Shown here in pieces: positions 17,619 to 25,264 of a DNA stretch of 64,000 nucleotides (position 1 is the first letter of the stretch; each line of letters begins with the position of its first letter). The translations under genes were made by a program, and so were the position numbers. The notes beneath the pieces were generated by a model. The model saw only the letters and a program-made list of their open reading frames with translations. It had not been told where the DNA came from and ran no database searches. Origin of the DNA: an uncultured Lentisphaerota bacterium (GTDB lineage: Bacteria > Verrucomicrobiota > Kiritimatiellia > CAIQIC01); assembly GCA_903896925.1 (NCBI GenBank), contig CAITZM010000190.1, positions 14,920-78,919 on the forward strand, given 5' to 3'.

Positions 17619-18953
17619 CTATACAGATGCAGGCGATCCTTTGACCTGCTGGGCATCGGGTTTCAAGGGGCGCTTCCCGGCTGCGCCATCGCTCTCCTTC
17701 GCTCCGCTCATCACCCAGTCCATGCCGAAGGCCGCGAGGATACCGAGCCCGACTTGAAAAACCTGCAGGAACTTGATCGGGGCCCGGATGTTGTTCACCA
17801 CAGGCAAATGATAGAAAAGTTGATACAAGGGGGAGAACTTTCCCATCGCCAGCAGCAGGGCGATGAGCGTGGCGCAGCCCCAGAAGATGACCTCCGCCCG
17901 CCGTTCCGCTCCGCCGGGCGCAGCCGCGGGAGCGCCGGCGGCGGCCTCCCGCCAGCGCCAGGCGGCGAAGCAGGCCAACAGCGCGAAAGCGACCGGGATG
18001 ATGCCCAGATACCAATCGTCCAGCTTGAAATTCATGAACCCCTGCCCGGTCTGTTCCCAACCGGCCGAGCGGCCCAGCCGGCCCCAGTAGGGCCCGGCGG
18101 GCTCGCTGCTGCGCCAGCCGAGATAACCCGGCGCCATCAGCGCCATCGCTTCATCGGGCGGGAAACTCCACTGGGTTACAAAGTCCCATTTGACGGCAGG
18201 ATCTTCGGCGGTGGTGGTCGCCACGTTCTGGATGTTATGCGTATAGCCTTGGAGCAGGGAAGGAATCGCGGGCCAGGCCGCCATGAGGCCCATCGGCACC
18301 AGGAAGGTCGCCACACGTTGCTGCCAGGACACCGTCGTCATGCGGAAGAGCATGAACACGGCATAAGCGCCGATGAACATGCCGAAGAACAAGCCCACAT
18401 CCTGCTGCTCCACCAGGGCGAAACCCACGGCGCCACCCGCCAGCAGCGCCCACGCCCGACCATGCGTGCCCGTCATGTTCTTGATGCAGAGCAAGGCCAG
18501 GGAGCCGAAGAGCAGCACGGAGAATTTCGGGATGTGACCGCCGTAGGTCAGCGCCAGATTGCTGGAGCACCAAAAAGCCACCAAGGCGCCCAGCATCGAG
18601 CTGGCCCGTGAGCAGCCCATCCTGCGCAGCAGACCGAACAGCAGCATGGCCGCCAGCGCCAGCGTTACGGCGTGCACCACATTGACGAACTGCGGCAGCG
18701 GCAAGGCCGTCAGCAGGGCGCTGGTCCAGTTCAGCGGCACCCGCCCGATCCCGTTGCCCAGCAGGCTGCTGTCATCCCACCAGCCCAGGAAGGTCGCCGG
18801 CAAACCGCGCGCGCACCCGCTCAGCAGGCCGATGTTGTCATCGGTGGAAAACAGGACCACACCGCCCTGCATCAAGGGATACCAGATGGCGAACATCAGC
18901 ATCGCCCCCAGCACCACAGCAATCACCAAGCTGCTTTTTTTGTGGTTGTTCAT
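17619..18953 (-). CDS. polytopic membrane protein, possible GT-C/YfhO-like glycan transferase or polymerase
   Basis: At least 10 hydrophobic segments and a large loop (TTTAEDPAVKWDFVTQWSFPPDE). Sits between a GT4 and a rSAM gene. Start at MNNHKKSS. The family assignment is tentative. Confidence 0.5.
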   Translation of the reverse strand: MNNHKKSSLVIAVVLGAMLMFAIWYPLMQGGVVLFSTDDNIGLLSGCARGLPATFLGWWDDSSLLGNGIGRVPLNWTSALLTALPLPQFVNVVHAVTLALAAMLLFGLLRRMGCSRASSMLGALVAFWCSSNLALTYGGHIPKFSVLLFGSLALLCIKNMTGTHGRAWALLAGGAVGFALVEQQDVGLFFGMFIGAYAVFMLFRMTTVSWQQRVATFLVPMGLMAAWPAIPSLLQGYTHNIQNVATTTAEDPAVKWDFVTQWSFPPDEAMALMAPGYLGWRSSEPAGPYWGRLGRSAGWEQTGQGFMNFKLDDWYLGIIPVAFALLACFAAWRWREAAAGAPAAAPGGAERRAEVIFWGCATLIALLLAMGKFSPLYQLFYHLPVVNNIRAPIKFLQVFQVGLGILAAFGMDWVMSGAKESDGAAGKRPLKPDAQQVKGSPASV

Positions 18954-19017
18954 GGGCTCACGTCCTGCGTCGGACCGCACGATACCATCATTCTGTTTCC
19001 TGTAAACTCCGAATGGC

Positions 19018-20253
19018 CTAGCCTGGGGTGGCCCGCCCGGCCTTGCTTCCCCCAACTTCAGACAACAAGCGCTCGAACAGCAGGCGGTAGTTACGTCCGC
19101 TGACCGCCCAGGACTGTTCGTCGGTCAGCTGGCGCTCATGTTCGGCCACCTGATCGAACCAGGCCTGAGGTTTCTTGCCAAACTCCACCAATTGCTGCCG
19201 CAGGGCCGCCACGTCCCCCGGCGGGGACAGCAGCCCCAGCTCCCGGGTCCGGACCATTTCGCCGATAAAGAACTGATCCGTGGCGATGACCGCCCGGCGA
19301 AACTCCAAGGCCAGACGGAAGTTCCCGCTGGTGGAAACGAACCCCCACCGATACGGCAGGATGACGGCATCCGTCGCCGTGAAAAAGTCGCTCATCTCCG
19401 CATCCGAGACATGGCGCGGCACAAAGTGGAGGTGATCCTTCCAGGGCCCTTCCAGCAAATCGCGCGCGCCGGTCCGGGGATCGCCGTAGATGCCACCGAC
19501 CAGGCCCACCATATACAGGTCGAAGGTCGGCTCCAGCCCGCGGAGCGCCTCCAGCAGCAAATCCTGGCCCTTGAGCCAGCTGGCCACCCCGAAGGAAAGG
19601 AGCATGCGGCTGGAGGGCGGTATGCCCAGGCGCTGCCGGCTTTGCGCGCGCGCCTCCGGCGGCGGCGCGACATCGTGATAGCCATCGAGGAGCACGGTGC
19701 ACTTTTCGCCCGCCCGCCGGCGGAAGAACTGCGGCACGTGCGCATTGTCGAAAATGACGTTGATGAGCGGACACAGGAACCACACCGCCAGATGATTCAA
19801 CCAGCCGCGGGCGCGGGTTTTGAACGAGTATTGACTGGTCTTCCCCAGGTGCCGGTAGACCGTGGTCGTGAACATGGACACGGCCGGCCGCTGGCGTTTG
19901 CGGTTGCGCAGCCAGACGATCGGCAGCAGGGTCCAGGGCTCCGGATGCGAAAAGAAAAGAATGTCGGCGCCTATTTTGCGGGCCAGGGCGAAGGCGCGCC
20001 ACTGAATGCGGGCCGGTCGGACGATGAACTCCCAAAGGTTGGGCAGGCCACGCTGGTTGCCGGAACTGTCCGCGGACAGCTCATCGACCACGATTTCACA
20101 GCCCATATCCTCGAAATAGCGGCGTTCCTCAGGGCGGGAAACCATCAGCACGACTTCCAAGCCGGCAGCCAGCATACCGCCGGCGCGCTGGCGTGTGGCC
20201 CAGGGGGCGTCCGAATTGATCGCCAGCCCCGGCGTGCAGTAGAGAACCTTCAT
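19018..20253 (-). CDS. glycosyltransferase (GT4-like, GT-B fold)
   Basis: MKVLYCTPGLAINSD... N-terminal domain and C-terminal ...AVILPYRWGFVSTSGNFRLALEFRRAVIATD. ATGA overlap with the upstream gene's stop. Confidence 0.7.
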   Translation of the reverse strand: MKVLYCTPGLAINSDAPWATRQRAGGMLAAGLEVVLMVSRPEERRYFEDMGCEIVVDELSADSSGNQRGLPNLWEFIVRPARIQWRAFALARKIGADILFFSHPEPWTLLPIVWLRNRKRQRPAVSMFTTTVYRHLGKTSQYSFKTRARGWLNHLAVWFLCPLINVIFDNAHVPQFFRRRAGEKCTVLLDGYHDVAPPPEARAQSRQRLGIPPSSRMLLSFGVASWLKGQDLLLEALRGLEPTFDLYMVGLVGGIYGDPRTGARDLLEGPWKDHLHFVPRHVSDAEMSDFFTATDAVILPYRWGFVSTSGNFRLALEFRRAVIATDQFFIGEMVRTRELGLLSPPGDVAALRQQLVEFGKKPQAWFDQVAEHERQLTDEQSWAVSGRNYRLLFERLLSEVGGSKAGRATPG

Positions 20254-21464
20254 CCACGGTTCCCGACCGTGCCCTGCTTGGCCGCGCGCACGACCGCGCA
20301 GATCTTCTCCACATCGGCGCCCAGAAGCGATTGGTTGTTGGGCAGGAAGAAACCGCAGTGATACAGCCGGTCGGCCATGGGCGCGGAGAACGTGCCGTAC
20401 CGGTCGCTCCAGAACGGATGCCGGCCGAGGTTGCCCGCCGTGAAGATCCGGGTGTCGATCTTGTGTTCATCCAGCGCGGTCACGATCCGGCGGCGCTCCT
20501 CGGACGACTGCGCCAGGGCGCAGAAGGAAATGCTGCTGATGATGTCGCCGGGCAGCCCGGGCGCGAAATCGACCACGCCTTGCAACTGCTGTTGATAGAT
20601 CTTGTGGTTGGCGATCCGCCGCTCGATGGTGGCGTCCAGTTTCCGCAGCTGGATCAGGCCCAGCTTGGCGTTGATGTCGGTCGGCCGCAGGTTGTAACCG
20701 GGCACGACGAAGGTAAACGGTGCGCGGAAGGGATCGACCTTGTACAGCTCCATATAGCGCGCAGCCTCCTGAGGCGGGAGGTCTTTGAGCCAGCCGTGGC
20801 TGCGGCCCATCAGCAGGTGGAAGTACAGCTGCTCGTCATCGGTGCAGACGACGCCGCCCTCCACCGTGGACATGTGGTGGCCGTAGTAGAACGAAAAAGA
20901 GGACAGGTCGCCGAACGTGCCGACGAGCCGGCCTTGATGGCGCGCGCCGTGGCTGGCGCAGCAATCCTCCATGATCTTGAAGCCGTATTTCTTCTGCAGC
21001 GCCAGCAGGGCCGTCATGTCGCACGGCACGCCGAGCACCTGCACGAGGATGATGGCGTCGGGCCGCTCGCGCTTCAGGATTTCTTCCAGACAGGTGAGAT
21101 CCATGCCGAAGGTGCGGGCATCCGATTCGCACATGATGGGCTGCCAGCCGAGTTGCAGGGCCGGCATCAGCGTCGTGGCCCAGCCGGTCGTCGGCACCAC
21201 GATTTTTTTGGCGGCCACCTTGCGCGAAGTTTCCAACGCCGCATACATCAACAGGTTGGCCGACGAGCCGGAATTGCACATCACGGCGTATTTCACACCC
21301 AACCAGCGGGCCCAGGCGGCCTCGAATTCACGCGTGACATCCGCCATGGTCAGGCGCGGATACGCTTTCATCCAATCCATCAGCTCCGTCAGATCCGCAT
21401 CGCTGATCGTATCCACGGCCAGGTCATACCGTTGACTATGAAATACTGTCGAACTCATGCACAC
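20250..21464 (-). CDS. DegT/DnrJ/EryC1 fold enzyme of the ColD/E1 type (NDP-4-keto-6-deoxyhexose 3-dehydratase-like)
   Basis: Fold-type I sugar aminotransferase architecture (MCNSGSSANLL, DCCASHG). The Schiff-base Lys position is His: FSFYYGHHMSTVEGG, compared with SFHxxK....GEGG in true aminotransferases. Confidence 0.75.
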   Translation of the reverse strand: MCMSSTVFHSQRYDLAVDTISDADLTELMDWMKAYPRLTMADVTREFEAAWARWLGVKYAVMCNSGSSANLLMYAALETSRKVAAKKIVVPTTGWATTLMPALQLGWQPIMCESDARTFGMDLTCLEEILKRERPDAIILVQVLGVPCDMTALLALQKKYGFKIMEDCCASHGARHQGRLVGTFGDLSSFSFYYGHHMSTVEGGVVCTDDEQLYFHLLMGRSHGWLKDLPPQEAARYMELYKVDPFRAPFTFVVPGYNLRPTDINAKLGLIQLRKLDATIERRIANHKIYQQQLQGVVDFAPGLPGDIISSISFCALAQSSEERRRIVTALDEHKIDTRIFTAGNLGRHPFWSDRYGTFSAPMADRLYHCGFFLPNNQSLLGADVEKICAVVRAAKQGTVGNRG

Positions 21465-21571
21465 CTCAATTTAATGGGCGGAAACCTAGTTTATTGTCCT
21501 TGGAATGTCAAAACGAACCGTACACGCACACCCCTGCGGTCCGCACCGGAAAAACACGCGCCGGTGTGGGC

Positions 21572-22549
21572 TCAAGGCGCCAGCAGGGCGACGGCTTGCC
21601 CGGCGATCTGTTCGGGCCCCAGCCCCACCGCGGCCAGCAGGCTGTCGCGGCCGCCAATATCGAAACGATAGTGATGCGGCAGGCCCAACCCCTTGAAGCG
21701 CGTCTGGCCTGCGACAGGCCAGAGTATTTCCCGCAGGGCGGCGTCCAAGCCGCCCTTGCCGACAAAACCTTCCTCCAAGGAAAGAACGGCCGGGCAGCCG
21801 GCCAAGGCGGCGCCCAACGCCTGGCCATCCAAAGGCGACAGGGCCATGATATCGATCACCGCCGCCTGCACGCCCTGCTGTTGCGCCAGAAGATCAGCCG
21901 CCTCCAAGGCTTTGTGCACCATGTAGCCGGTGGCGACCAGCGTCACACCCTGGCCGCGCCGCAGAAAACGGAACCCTTGGCGCAGTTCAGCCACCGTAGG
22001 CGCCTCGGCGACATCCGGCAATTCCTTGCCATCCATCCTCAGGTAGCGGATGCCGGTTTCCGGCAACAGCTGCTGAGCGAGGACGCGCGCCGTGGCGCTG
22101 TCCGCCGGCGAGTAGACGCCGAGGTTGGGCAGCACCCGCATGATGGACAAATCTTCCAGCGCCTGATGTGTGGGGCCGGACACATCATAGCTGTAGCCGG
22201 CGCCGACGCCGGCCAGCGTGACGTTCATCGGGCGCACCTGCGAGAGCAGGCACAGGTTCACGCGCACCTGCTCGTAACAACGCATGGTCAGAAACGGCGC
22301 GATGGCATAGGCCACCACCGCATGCCCCTCCAGGGCCAATCCGGCGGCGACGTTGATCAGGTTTTGCTCGGCAATGCCCACATTGATGAACCGCTCTGGG
22401 AAACGCTGCGCCAGGATATCCAGCTTGGGCGAACCGAAATCTGCGGACAGGAAGATGAGCGACGGGTCGGCGGCCATCCGCTCCGTGACCGCCACGATGA
22501 AGGCGTCCCGCATTCTGGTTTTAATGAGCGCCGGCATAGTCACCTGCAA
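21572..22549 (-). CDS. transketolase, C-terminal (pyrimidine-binding) subunit
   Basis: RDAFIVAVTERMAADPSLIFLSADFG, FINVGIAEQNLINVAAGLALEGH. Overlaps the end of the N-terminal subunit gene. Confidence 0.88.
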   Translation of the reverse strand: MQVTMPALIKTRMRDAFIVAVTERMAADPSLIFLSADFGSPKLDILAQRFPERFINVGIAEQNLINVAAGLALEGHAVVAYAIAPFLTMRCYEQVRVNLCLLSQVRPMNVTLAGVGAGYSYDVSGPTHQALEDLSIMRVLPNLGVYSPADSATARVLAQQLLPETGIRYLRMDGKELPDVAEAPTVAELRQGFRFLRRGQGVTLVATGYMVHKALEAADLLAQQQGVQAAVIDIMALSPLDGQALGAALAGCPAVLSLEEGFVGKGGLDAALREILWPVAGQTRFKGLGLPHHYRFDIGGRDSLLAAVGLGPEQIAGQAVALLAP

Positions 22550-23348
22550 GGAGTCGGTCGATTTCGCCAGCCGGCACGCTCAACACATGGCTGATCGGGC
22601 TGGCTTCCAGGGAAGGCACGCCATGCCCCTTGATCGTGTTCGCAATCAGGGCGACGGGTTGTCCCGCAGGCTCCCGGCCGATGGCAGACAGGCGCGGGTG
22701 CAGCGCCGCCAGGTCGTGGCCGTCGCACTCTTCGACGCGCCAGCCGAAGGCCTTCAATTTTTCCGCCAAGGGCGCGAGGGTCACGACGCAGGCGGTGTCG
22801 TTGAGCATGCAACGCGAATTGTTGTCCACGATCAAGGTCAGGTTGCCCAGCCGATGATGGCCGGCGAACATGATGGCCTCCCACACCGCCCCCTCGTGCA
22901 GTTCGCCGTCGCCCACCAGCACCCACACGCGGTTCGACGAGTGGCGCCGTTGCAGGGCCAGCGCCATGCCGCACCCCACGCCGAGACCATGCCCGAGCGA
23001 GCCGTTGACGGTCTCGTAGCCGGGAATCACCGGATCCGGAATGCCGCCGAGAAAGGAGCCGGGCCGGCAGACCTGCTCCAGTTCCGACAGCGGAAAAAAG
23101 CCCAGATCCGCCAGGATGGGATAGAGGGCGATCGAGCCATGCCCTTTGCTGACGATCAGCCGGTCACGGCCCTCCCAGAGCGGTTCCTTGGGGGAAAAAC
23201 GCAGGATGTCCCCGTAGTACAGACACACCAGCGCCTCCACCGGCGAGAGCGAGGAGGCCACGCGCGTTTCCGGGGCGCGCTTATGGATCAGCAACGTCTG
23301 TTGCCAAACCCAGCGCGCCTTTGCCTGCAATTCTGCCAAAGTCATCAT
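22521..23348 (-). CDS. transketolase, N-terminal (ThDP-binding) subunit
   Basis: SLSPVEALVCLYYG, DRLIVSKGHGSIALY, GSLGHGLGVGCGMALA, LVGDGELHEGAVWEA, VDNN. Start at MMTLAEL (23348). Confidence 0.88.
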   Translation of the reverse strand: MMTLAELQAKARWVWQQTLLIHKRAPETRVASSLSPVEALVCLYYGDILRFSPKEPLWEGRDRLIVSKGHGSIALYPILADLGFFPLSELEQVCRPGSFLGGIPDPVIPGYETVNGSLGHGLGVGCGMALALQRRHSSNRVWVLVGDGELHEGAVWEAIMFAGHHRLGNLTLIVDNNSRCMLNDTACVVTLAPLAEKLKAFGWRVEECDGHDLAALHPRLSAIGREPAGQPVALIANTIKGHGVPSLEASPISHVLSVPAGEIDRLLAGDYAGAH

Positions 23349-23597
23349 CGGAACATCGTTTCTAAAGCCCGGCACCCTTCCCTCCGGCCGGTGGACCCGA
23401 ATCCGCCGCCCGCCCTCGCTTCCGGCCTGCACCCGGGTGCCGGACGCTTGCGCCACTACACAGGGCACAGCAGTCCGCATAACACACTCCATTTGACCGT
23501 GCAAGACCTTATAGAACTTGACAATGCCCGCCTGCGCAGCAATGTATACCCCCTACCGCCTCAGAAGCCAGCGCGGGGCTGGCCCTGGCGCAGAGCC

Positions 23598-24953
23598 ATG
23601 ATGGATGCCGAACCAAGAGATTCGTCGAATATGATCACCGCCAACTTTATCGTGCCGTCGCTCTTTTACTGGAACCAGCCCTTCAAACAGCAGCCGCTGA
23701 CACAACTTTACCTCGCCAGCATCGTCGACGAGCATTTCCAAGGCCGGCAGATCCAGACCAAGGTCACCGACCTGCGCGGTCTGAACCCCGCGGAACTGCA
23801 TCTCCACATCGCCGAGCCCAGCGAGCTGTTTCTCTACAGCATCGCTTCGCCAGATTTCCGGGAGGTGTTCGCCCTCGTCGAAATCCTGCGCAAGAAATTT
23901 CCGGGCGCCAAACACATCGCCGGCGGCGCGCATGTCAACATCTTCCCGGAAGAAACCGCGCGGGTCTTCGACTGCGTCGTCAGCGGGAGCGGCGAGAAAT
24001 CGCTCATCCAGCTGCTGGAGGATTTCCTGCGCGGCGACCTGAAGCGCAGCTACGAGCTGGACCCCGACTACGCCCACACCCGCTATCCCTTCCCCCGCCG
24101 GCACTACCTGCCGCGCGAGAAGATCGTGCGCGACAACCTGATCAAATGCGCCCCGGGCGTGCTGTCCACCTCCACCCTCTTCTCGCACGGCTGCCCGTTC
24201 ATCTGCGGCTTCTGCGCCAACTACAACCGGCGCAAAAGCGTCCGGCGCTCCAACGCGGAGATGGCGGCGGAGATCGAATACCTGCAGGCCAACTATGGCG
24301 TCACGGGCCTGGCGATGCTCGACGAGATCTGCATCCCGCTGATCGAGGCCGAGTCACGGCCCTACCTGGAGACCCTGAAAAAGTACAAGGTCCTGTGGCG
24401 CGGCCAGTCCCGCGTGGGCATCCAGCCCGACGTCCTGAAGCTGGCCCGCGAGGCCGGCTGTCTCGAGCTCAACCTGGGCGTCGAGAGCGTGTCGGAAAAG
24501 GTCATGGAGATCGTCAAGAAGCGCATCAAGGTCGAAGACGTCAAGGCGATGATCAAGAACTGCAAGGCGAACGACATCAAGGTGTACATCAACCTGGTGA
24601 ACGGCCTGCCGGGCGAGCCGAAGAACATCGTGCAGATGACCAAGGACTTCATCGAGGAAACGCAGCCCGACCTCGTCAACCTCTTCTCCCTGTGCCTCTA
24701 TCCCGGCTCGCCGATCGCCGAGCACCCGGAAAGATACGGCATCGACCCAACCACCGTACAGAAGGACTACCACCGGATGAACCACCTCGTCCGGCGGTTC
24801 AAGGACAGCCAGGCCCAGGACGACGCCGAGGAAATGGTGCTGTTCTCCTACCAGGCGGAAGGCCCCTTCGGCCCGGCCTTCTCGCGCGAGGAAATCCTGG
24901 CCAATTACGAGAACTTGCAGGAATTCGTCATCAGCCGCGGACTGAACAAGTAG
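23598..24953 (+). CDS. B12-binding-domain radical SAM protein (class B), paralog 2
   Basis: Only the C-terminal 451 codons of the 866-aa listed ORF look coding. They contain HIAGGAHVNIFPEE, CPFICGFC (CX3CX2C) and NLGVESVSEKVM. An alternative ATG lies at 23631. Confidence 0.85.
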   Translation: MMDAEPRDSSNMITANFIVPSLFYWNQPFKQQPLTQLYLASIVDEHFQGRQIQTKVTDLRGLNPAELHLHIAEPSELFLYSIASPDFREVFALVEILRKKFPGAKHIAGGAHVNIFPEETARVFDCVVSGSGEKSLIQLLEDFLRGDLKRSYELDPDYAHTRYPFPRRHYLPREKIVRDNLIKCAPGVLSTSTLFSHGCPFICGFCANYNRRKSVRRSNAEMAAEIEYLQANYGVTGLAMLDEICIPLIEAESRPYLETLKKYKVLWRGQSRVGIQPDVLKLAREAGCLELNLGVESVSEKVMEIVKKRIKVEDVKAMIKNCKANDIKVYINLVNGLPGEPKNIVQMTKDFIEETQPDLVNLFSLCLYPGSPIAEHPERYGIDPTTVQKDYHRMNHLVRRFKDSQAQDDAEEMVLFSYQAEGPFGPAFSREEILANYENLQEFVISRGLNK

Positions 24954-24978
24954 ACTGCACTGCCGGCTGGGCGGACGG

Positions 24979-25028
24979 TTTCCATGGCCTGGAAAGACCC
25001 GAAATTCAGGCTCCAAGCCTCGGGAAAC
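24979..25028. repeat. TTCCA-N-TGGAA hairpin repeat array (family A), 2 units
   Basis: TTTCCATGGCCTGGAAA (centre 24987) and CTCCAAGCCTCGGGAA (centre 25018), 31 bp apart, just downstream of the rSAM-2 stop. Confidence 0.7.
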
Positions 25029-25264
25029 TATGGGACGCGGGCGCGTCCGCCTGTGCGTTGACGAGGGTAAGTCTTTCTATTAAGGTAAACGCGCAGTTCA
25101 ATCCGCCTGGCTGGCGCACGGGGTGTTGCGTAGCGGAAGCGCCGGTGCCGGTGCGGATTAATGCTTAGGGCCCGGCCGGGATGTCGAGCCGATGGCCAGA
25201 ACAGACGGCAAGCCGTTGCTTTGGATGCGCCGAAACCAGGCAGTGAAATGTATTTAGCGATGGG

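Noticed and set aside
23518-23546. TTGACA hexamer as the promoter of rSAM paralog 2.
   Set aside because: No acceptable -10 hexamer lies at 16-18 nt spacing (the best are AATGTA and TGTATA). The evidence is too weak to call.
22353-23597. N-terminal 415 codons of the 866-aa ORF 22353-24953(+).
   Set aside because: This part is antisense to the two transketolase subunit genes and has shadow-like composition. Radical SAM homology begins only after the ATG at 23598/23631.
24954-25264. Small RiPP precursor peptide gene next to the B12-rSAM genes.
   Set aside because: Only a roughly 15-codon ORF with no ribosome-binding context is present. The spacer is occupied by a family-A repeat array.
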